This document shows, piece after piece, positions 1 to 4,668 of a stretch of DNA of 35,878 nucleotides. Made by a program: the position numbers and the translations under genes. Positions within the stretch are counted from its first letter, which is position 1, and the number at the start of each line of letters is the position of its first letter. The notes below the pieces were generated by a model that worked only from the letters and a program-made list of their open reading frames with translations, made no database searches and was not told the DNA's origin. The stretch is from a virus: the IMG/VR virus record IMGVR_UViG_3300027509_000009; one strand, given 5' to 3'.

Positions 1-444
1 TGCGATGTCAAAAAAGAGAGTCCCTCTGGTGTCGTCAAATCCAGCTCGTTTGCCAGCAACACTGAAAGCTTGGCATGGAAATCCTCCAACCACTGTGTCG
101 AAGTCGGGGAGTTCTTTTTCGTTGATTTTTGTGATGTCTCCATAGTTAGTGTGTCCATTGAAGTTCCTTTCGTAGACTTTAGTTGCGTATTTGTCGATTT
201 CGGAGTAACCAATACAATGAGGTTGTCCTTGGTTAGAGCCCCCGTCAGTGTGTTCATTATCTGGGTCTGCAGTAGCACCGGGATCTTGCTCTGAAAGGGT
301 GTGTAGTCGACCCCCTTTGCCATCGACTCCCTGCGCTGTCGCTTGCCCTCCTCGCTCCGCCTGTACATCAAAAGCCCTAGATATTCCAATTTCAAATCCT
401 CCTATGCCGCTAAATAGGCTTAAATATTTTAATTCTTTACTCAT
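1..444 (-). CDS. DNA (cytosine-5)-methyltransferase, N-terminal part; the gene crosses the circular junction and continues in 34848..35878
   Basis: Reverse-strand translation from ATG (444..442) gives MSKELKYLSLFSGIGGFEIG (motif I FxGxGG), then IGYSEIDKYATKVYERNF, then VVGGFPCQAFSVAGKRAGFDDTRGTLFFDIA (motif IV PCQ). The frame stays open to base 1. Bases 1..65 equal 35814..35878, where the same frame continues. It is absent from the ORF track because no stop lies inside the left edge. Joined length is 444 + 966 = 1410 nt (469 aa). Confidence 0.9.
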   Translation of the reverse strand, partial: MSKELKYLSLFSGIGGFEIGISRAFDVQAERGGQATAQGVDGKGGRLHTLSEQDPGATADPDNEHTDGGSNQGQPHCIGYSEIDKYATKVYERNFNGHTNYGDITKINEKELPDFDTVVGGFPCQAFSVAGKRAGFDDTRGTLFFDIA

Positions 445-614
445 TTGGACTCACTCTCACCATTGAGAGCAAGCACATCGATCTTACTGCAACAAACGGG
501 GCAGACAAGGTGTGGGGTAACTAATGCAGTCTTCCACCTATGTCCTCTTAAAAAACACTTAATATTCCAAAACCTCTCGGTACTCATACCCGGTTTTGTG
601 GTCTTCTTTACCAT
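441..614 (-). CDS. small Cys/His-rich (zinc-finger-like) protein, 57 aa, translationally coupled to the methyltransferase
   Basis: Hand translation: MVKKTTKPGMSTERFWNIKCFLRGHRWKTALVTPHLVCPVCCSKIDVLALNGESESK. A strong SD (AAGGAGG) lies 5 nt upstream of the ATG at 614..612. Its stop overlaps the methyltransferase start (ATGA). It is below the 60-aa cutoff of the ORF track. Confidence 0.55.
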   Translation of the reverse strand: MVKKTTKPGMSTERFWNIKCFLRGHRWKTALVTPHLVCPVCCSKIDVLALNGESESK

Positions 615-756
615 CTACGCCTCCTTATTTTTAGTTATCCTACGACCCATTTGCTTTGTGTCGTGACTAACAATATAACATGCAATAAGGGTCTAATTGC
701 AAGCACTTTCCATAAAACTAATGCATGTAGCGTACGGCTGCAGGGCAAAGGCACTA

Positions 757-942
757 TTAAGTAATCGATTGAGTCTGGGGTGGTGCTGGGGTCGGTCTGC
801 GTCGGCGGATAATTGGCGGCTCTGGGTCGGAGTCTTCTGGTCCTAGGGGGTCGTCCCCGATCTCAAGTCTGAGGTCGTCAGGGTAGGGACAATATAGATA
901 TCCGTCATGCTCTATATGGTCACAATGTCGGGGAAAATTCAT
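757..942 (-). CDS. hypothetical 61-aa protein with Pro/Arg-rich C-terminus (doubtful)
   Basis: It is an ORF-track entry and the first ORF downstream of the leftward promoter. It lacks the AGGAG-type SD seen before almost every other gene and sits in an unusually GC-rich patch. Confidence 0.3.
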   Translation of the reverse strand: MNFPRHCDHIEHDGYLYCPYPDDLRLEIGDDPLGPEDSDPEPPIIRRRRPTPAPPQTQSIT

Positions 943-1069
943 AAGCCCATTCTATCATAAAAGGTGTGAGGTTAAGTCGATTAAACACTAAAAGTGGGAA
1001 AACTGCGGGTAACCCACTAACGAAGCAAGATCAGTGTTCCAAAACCTCACTGATGAAGTATAACACATG

Positions 1070-1097
1070 GTTATAACATATAATTAGTGTTTGTCAA
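1070..1097 (-). promoter_or_regulatory. candidate sigma70-type leftward early promoter
   Basis: Read on the minus strand: TTGACA (1097..1092), a 16-nt spacer, then TATAAC (1075..1070). A T/A-rich tract lies upstream. It shares the decamer TTGACAAACA with the rightward promoter at 1637. Confidence 0.5.
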
Positions 1098-1117
1098 AAA
1101 GGGTAAAAATCTAAAAT

Positions 1118-1258
1118 CTGGCGGGTGGGAGGTAATATAGGGGACAGCCGGGACCCCGACCACCCACCCCCCCGCCCCCTATTGAGGGGGTACCCCACCC
1201 CCTTGCACGCCCTACCCACCCCACCCCCGGGGCCGCGACATATATATACACCCACCCA
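1118..1258. other. GC-rich island of G-runs then C-runs (G-quadruplex / i-motif / GC-palindrome capable)
   Basis: Plus-strand G-runs lie at 1123-1125, 1127-1129 and 1140-1143. Nine plus-strand C-runs of 3 or more follow between 1154 and 1228 (1154-1157, 1163-1165, 1167-1173, 1175-1179, 1193-1196, 1198-1202, 1215-1217, 1219-1222, 1224-1228). Embedded palindromes are GGGGTACCCC (1187..1196) and CCCCGGGG (1225..1232). The flanks are AT-rich. Confidence 0.7.
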
Positions 1259-1288
1259 TTGACACAGATTGATATATCCGAAATGCAG

Positions 1289-1514
1289 TAACAGGGGTCA
1301 GATACCATTCTATGTCGCACAATGTATCTTGTACGACCTGCGTTAACAGGGGTAGCCACCATGTCGCAATACAATCATGGCATAATATGTATGAAAATCT
1401 GTAGACACTTACGGTCTTAGTTTTAAATAAAAAAGAGTGTATATACATATATATGTTTTTTATTAATAGTGACACCGTAAGTGTCTACAAACGAAACAGG
1501 GGTATCTTATACGA
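1289..1514 (+). repeat. iteron-like direct repeats (AACAGGGGT x3, ATGTCGC(A) x3, GTATCTTrTACGA x2)
   Basis: AACAGGGGT occurs at 1290..1298, 1345..1353 and 1495..1503. ATGTCGCA occurs at 1312..1319 and 1361..1368, with an inverted ATGTCGC at 1235..1241. GTATCTTGTACGA (1324..1336) matches GTATCTTATACGA (1502..1514) at 12 of 13 positions. Confidence 0.65.
1400..1489. repeat. perfect 15-bp inverted repeat bracketing a 60-bp AT-rich spacer
   Basis: TGTAGACACTTACGG (1400..1414) is the exact reverse complement of CCGTAAGTGTCTACA (1475..1489). The spacer 1415..1474 is very AT-rich and includes TATATACATATATAT and A/T homopolymer runs. Confidence 0.75.
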
Positions 1515-1578
1515 TTTGAGTACAACCACACACCCCAGTTAAAAACCCCAATCCCAACTGTTGTAAGAATTACTAATT

Positions 1579-1598
1579 TGTAGACACTTACAAGTGTC
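1579..1598. promoter_or_regulatory. third copy of the TGTAGACACTTAC box, here as a compact palindrome (operator-like) about 40 bp upstream of the rightward promoter
   Basis: TGTAGACACTTAC lies at 1579..1591. GACACTT (1583..1589) and AAGTGTC (1592..1598) form an inverted repeat around a 2-nt centre. Confidence 0.5.
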
Positions 1599-1636
1599 CG
1601 CAAAATCCCCCTCACAATATTAAACATAAAAAAGTA

Positions 1637-1665
1637 TTGACAAACATGACCCAGCCATGTATTCT
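1637..1665 (+). promoter_or_regulatory. candidate strong sigma70-type rightward early promoter
   Basis: TTGACA (1637..1642), a 17-nt spacer, then TATTCT (1660..1665). An A-rich UP-like tract (AAACATAAAAAAGTA) sits at 1622..1636. Confidence 0.6.
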
Positions 1666-1671
1666 GGTTAT

Positions 1672-2244
1672 GTCAGCAAGCAACAAACACTGACGACAAG
1701 CACCTAACAGTTCAAGCCCCTAGCACCAACGGAACACTAACCGTTACAAAACAACCATAGTAACGCTACAGGCTCGACAACTAGGACAGAATCACCTTAA
1801 CAAACAGAACTACCACGACACAACCAATAACAGAATCTTTGCTTGTGGTGTAGTTCTCATCGATCTAATACAACACTGGCAATATAAGTACAGATGCCGA
1901 GGCTATAACTGCTTATGTATAAACATAGAATAATACAGCTTGTGTTGTCATTGTTGTATTAGATTTAAATCATGTAGCTGTTGCAAAGCATAGAGGCGAG
2001 AGAGATAATTTTGCTGTTTATACCTCTTAAGATACCATTAGAACCTTATGCCAACAGCCGTGCTTTGCACTAGCTACATGATAAGTTCGGCACAACGACC
2101 TGCGAGTCTCGGTGCGGAACAGTAGTAGCGAGTAAGGCGGAGGCCATTTTATCCCCCCTGATGAGTGGTCTCCACCCTGCTCGCTACTAGATAAATTCAT
2201 TGATAATATGAGGGTCAACGGTGCCCACCCCCGGTGGCTCTCAT
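1672..2244 (+). ncRNA. candidate large structured non-coding RNA or giant structured 5' leader of the early operon
   Basis: No plus-strand ORF of 60 aa or more, and no SD-led small ORF, lies between the promoter and the ATG at 2294. Region 1672..1835 is CA-rich and G-poor. Region 1860..2244 contains long helices found by hand: 1862-1875/1952-1965, 1971-1990/2061-2080, 2085-2093/2112-2120, 2123-2132/2180-2189 plus 2136-2145/2167-2176, and 2208-2214/2238-2244. Confidence 0.45.
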
Positions 2245-2259
2245 GTTGTCAATGACAAC
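2245..2259. promoter_or_regulatory. perfect 7-1-7 palindrome GTTGTCA-A-TGACAAC (operator-like) 35 bp upstream of the first early gene
   Basis: GTTGTCA (2245..2251) and TGACAAC (2253..2259) are exact reverse complements. The 1-nt centre is too small for an RNA hairpin loop, which favours a dimeric DNA-binding site. Confidence 0.45.
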
Positions 2260-2293
2260 AATTAATAAAATAATATGAAAGGCTTACTTCAAT

Positions 2294-2611
2294 ATGAAAG
2301 TAACAAACATAACCAACAGCAACGGAAATAAAGTTGCGAACCAGTTCATTATTCAATCGAAAGACGAAGAAATATTTCAAAGCTATGAAACACCAATAGC
2401 AAAATGGAAAGGGGGCGAGATAACTATTAGCCAGCACTACAATTACAGCAGAACCACTGCAAAGTATTTTAGACACTGGATGCGAAGCAATGGCTTCAAC
2501 GATACAGAAATTGACAGCTTGAGAAAACTATTAGCGAATGCCAGTTTTGGAGCTAATTTCATAGAGCTATTAGGCCGGAGAGTAAATATTAAATATGTAG
2601 AACGGGTATAG
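2294..2611 (+). CDS. hypothetical early protein, 105 aa
   Basis: ORF track. It is the first ORF after the long leader. I recognise no domain. Confidence 0.6.
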   Translation: MKVTNITNSNGNKVANQFIIQSKDEEIFQSYETPIAKWKGGEITISQHYNYSRTTAKYFRHWMRSNGFNDTEIDSLRKLLANASFGANFIELLGRRVNIKYVERV

Positions 2612-2613
2612 AA

Positions 2614-2805
2614 ATGACAATTAGAGAGATAAAATATATCTTAAACACTTACTTCCCAGAAGCAAAGACTCGAGCCAGCAAGTTTGGCGGAGTCTTTTTC
2701 TACACTGGAGTAAGTAGCTACTACATTAACCCTGGCGACACTATATTAGAGGTGATTGATACGCTCACAATAGCAAATGAAGAATTAAAATTAAGGAGTA
2801 ATTGA
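2614..2805 (+). CDS. hypothetical early protein, 63 aa
   Basis: ORF track. It starts 2 nt after the previous stop, so the genes are tightly packed. Confidence 0.5.
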   Translation: MTIREIKYILNTYFPEAKTRASKFGGVFFYTGVSSYYINPGDTILEVIDTLTIANEELKLRSN

Positions 2806-2806
2806 A

Positions 2807-2983
2807 ATGAATAACACACTTACAACCGACAAAGTGCGTTGCAATAATTGCATGTTAGTAATGAACCAGTATGTAGTAGATTGTAGCAATTGCCGAACAG
2901 AGCAATACTTAATGCAACCGTTCATGCAGAGTAAATCAGATATAGATAGCTACAGCTTAGACCTAGTAAAGATTAAGGAATAA
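2807..2983 (+). CDS. small zinc-ribbon-like protein, 58 aa
   Basis: Hand translation: MNNTLTTDKVRCNNCMLVMNQYVVDCSNCRTEQYLMQPFMQSKSDIDSYSLDLVKIKE, with two CxxC pairs. The SD AAGGAG lies 8 nt upstream. It is below the ORF-track size cutoff. Confidence 0.55.
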   Translation: MNNTLTTDKVRCNNCMLVMNQYVVDCSNCRTEQYLMQPFMQSKSDIDSYSLDLVKIKE

Positions 2984-2989
2984 TTAAAT

Positions 2990-3151
2990 ATGAACCCATA
3001 TATACACAATTCTTTAAACAGAGCTATTGATTGGCTCGAAAGTGAATACCCAGACGATGACGACATGCCAACCTATATATACGAAGCAAAGCAAGAGCTA
3101 CTACATATACACACACTAAAAGAACAGGAGCAACTAACATGTACACAATAA
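2990..3151 (+). CDS. hypothetical small acidic protein, 53 aa
   Basis: Hand translation: MNPYIHNSLNRAIDWLESEYPDDDDMPTYIYEAKQELLHIHTLKEQEQLTCTQ. An SD-like TAAGGAA lies upstream. It is below the ORF-track cutoff. Confidence 0.45.
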   Translation: MNPYIHNSLNRAIDWLESEYPDDDDMPTYIYEAKQELLHIHTLKEQEQLTCTQ

Positions 3152-3282
3152 GAGAAACACACGCTAAAAACTATCAACTATTAATTGATGACGGCTGGAC
3201 TGTTACCAATTACATTAACACAATTAACAAGCAAGTTCTTTACGCTCATAAAGGCAGCGAAAAGATTGAGATTAGTGTCTAA
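3139..3282 (+). CDS. hypothetical small protein, 47 aa
   Basis: Hand translation: MYTIRETHAKNYQLLIDDGWTVTNYINTINKQVLYAHKGSEKIEISV. The SD AGGAG lies 9 nt upstream. It overlaps the previous ORF by 13 nt. Confidence 0.45.
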   Translation: MYTIRETHAKNYQLLIDDGWTVTNYINTINKQVLYAHKGSEKIEISV

Positions 3283-3325
3283 TAGATAGGAGTAATTAAG
3301 GTTAAATAGTAAGGAGAATTAAACA

Positions 3326-3643
3326 ATGAGCATAAATTTCGACAACCCAACACAAAGAGAGCGCTTAAAAATGGATTTGCTGGAAGTTCTACCCGAGCAA
3401 ATAGCCCCAGGAGTAGATTCCCGGGATTATGTGATTGAGGACCTATTTAATCACATTGACGAACTCGAAAAAACAGCATCAGATTTTGAAGACACTACAG
3501 ACGACATGAGAGCAGCGCTTGACGATGCCGAGTATAGAGAAGACGAGTTAAATGACGAGATTGAAAGATTAACGGCCGAGTTAAGCGGAGCCGAGAACAT
3601 AATAGAGGAGTTACAAGGCAAAATAAAAGAATTGCAAGCCTAG
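3326..3643 (+). CDS. highly acidic coiled-coil early protein, 105 aa
   Basis: ORF track, with the SD AAGGAG upstream. The protein is very rich in D and E, for example DELEKTASDFEDTTDDMRAALDDAEYREDELNDEIERL. Confidence 0.7.
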   Translation: MSINFDNPTQRERLKMDLLEVLPEQIAPGVDSRDYVIEDLFNHIDELEKTASDFEDTTDDMRAALDDAEYREDELNDEIERLTAELSGAENIIEELQGKIKELQA

Positions 3644-3759
3644 TAATTTCGTGGGTGATAGCCAGTGCTTTTCTTTCGCATTTTTGTACGGCTAATCTAT
3701 AAAAGACAGCAATTTAGAAACTCTTGCGCCCACTCGACTTAAATTAATCAAAGGAGAAT

Positions 3760-4356
3760 ATGACAACTAGAGAAAAACTAATAATAACACTAGTCTCGTT
3801 GGTAGTATCTATCATCGTTCTAGTGGCGTTGACAGGCGGAGGCCAGAAACCCTCAACATCGTTTGACTGTTTCGAGGACGAATACAAGGCCATCGACATT
3901 AACGGAGACAGCGCCTGTATACATCACGAAGTAGTAGACGAGACAGTCAACGAGCCAGAAGTAGCGCCCCCAACTGTAGACGACCTTGAGGCAGACATAT
4001 TTGAAGACATTAACGAGATAAGAGCAGAGCGAGGGCTTGAGGCTGTAGTATATAATTCAATACTAGAGCAATCAGCAGACTTAAAAGCTTTGGACCATAT
4101 CGAGTTTGACTATTGGGCACATAACAACCCCAACGGCACAACCTGGTATTCATTCCCTAGGAATTTAGGCTGGGGTAAAGATGTTTCAGAGAATTTGGCT
4201 TGGGACTTTGACAGCGTTGACGATGTAGTCCCACAGTGGGAGTTAAGCCCTAGCCATGCGGAAAATATGTTTAACCCCAACCATGAGACCATTGGAATTT
4301 CTGTAATGCCTTTCAGAGGTGATTATATTTATGTAACACACTACGGGGGTAAATAA
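3760..4356 (+). CDS. membrane-anchored CAP/SCP/PR-1 (YkwD-like) domain protein
   Basis: ORF track, with the SD AAGGAG upstream. The N-terminus has a hydrophobic segment (LIITLVSLVVSIIVLVALTGG). The C-terminal region carries CAP-type motifs (IRAERGL, WAHNNPNG, SENLAW, SPSHAENM, IGISV). Confidence 0.65.
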   Translation: MTTREKLIITLVSLVVSIIVLVALTGGGQKPSTSFDCFEDEYKAIDINGDSACIHHEVVDETVNEPEVAPPTVDDLEADIFEDINEIRAERGLEAVVYNSILEQSADLKALDHIEFDYWAHNNPNGTTWYSFPRNLGWGKDVSENLAWDFDSVDDVVPQWELSPSHAENMFNPNHETIGISVMPFRGDYIYVTHYGGK

Positions 4357-4668
4357 ATGGAAGAAGAAACTTTCATCTGTCACAGATGTAACAGGAGCTT
4401 ATGGACCCAGTTCATATTGGACAAGCACCTAGAACACTGTGAAGCTGTAAGAATTGTCCCGAGGTCACCAATTAAAGTAAAAGGAAAGGAAACACCACCC
4501 TTGAGTAACAATATCAACTTAAAACTAGCTAGAGAGGCATTGGCAAAGGCAGATAAGCTGCACGACTCTGACACTATCAATATAGAGATTAACAAAGCTA
4601 TGGCCCACGCTTTAATAGCACTAGTAGAAAGACTATTAGAGGACGACAACGATGAAGAAGATAATTGA
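4357..4668 (+). CDS. C2H2-type zinc-finger-like protein, 103 aa
   Basis: ORF track. The N-terminal CHRCNRSLWTQFILDKHLEHC follows a CxxC-x12-HxxxC pattern. The C-terminus is acidic. Confidence 0.65.
   Translation: MEEETFICHRCNRSLWTQFILDKHLEHCEAVRIVPRSPIKVKGKETPPLSNNINLKLAREALAKADKLHDSDTINIEINKAMAHALIALVERLLEDDNDEEDN

Noticed and set aside
1-65. Possible T7-like direct terminal repeat marking the physical genome ends.
   Set aside because: The repeat is only 65 bp and sits in the middle of the methyltransferase coding frame. No packaging-type sequence features surround it. An assembler overlap of a circular contig is the simpler explanation.
1111-1475. Two overlapping 87-aa minus-strand ORFs (1111..1374 and 1212..1475) in the control region.
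   Set aside because: They run through the G/C-run island, the iterons and the inverted repeat. They have no SD and overlap each other in different frames. Their Gly/Trp/Arg-rich translations are what GC runs produce by chance.
2158-2165. CUGAUGAG, the hammerhead-ribozyme core sequence, occurs in the loop of the 2123..2189 hairpin and is followed by a small GTGG/CCAC stem.
   Set aside because: The obligatory GAAA element after stem II is missing (the sequence is CCTGC). I can find no stem I, stem III or cleavage-site arrangement, so the match looks like chance.
2027-2476. Minus-strand ORFs 2027..2218 and 2249..2476.
   Set aside because: The first lies antisense to the structured RNA region and has no SD. 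The second is antisense to the well-supported first early gene. Both are typical shadow ORFs.
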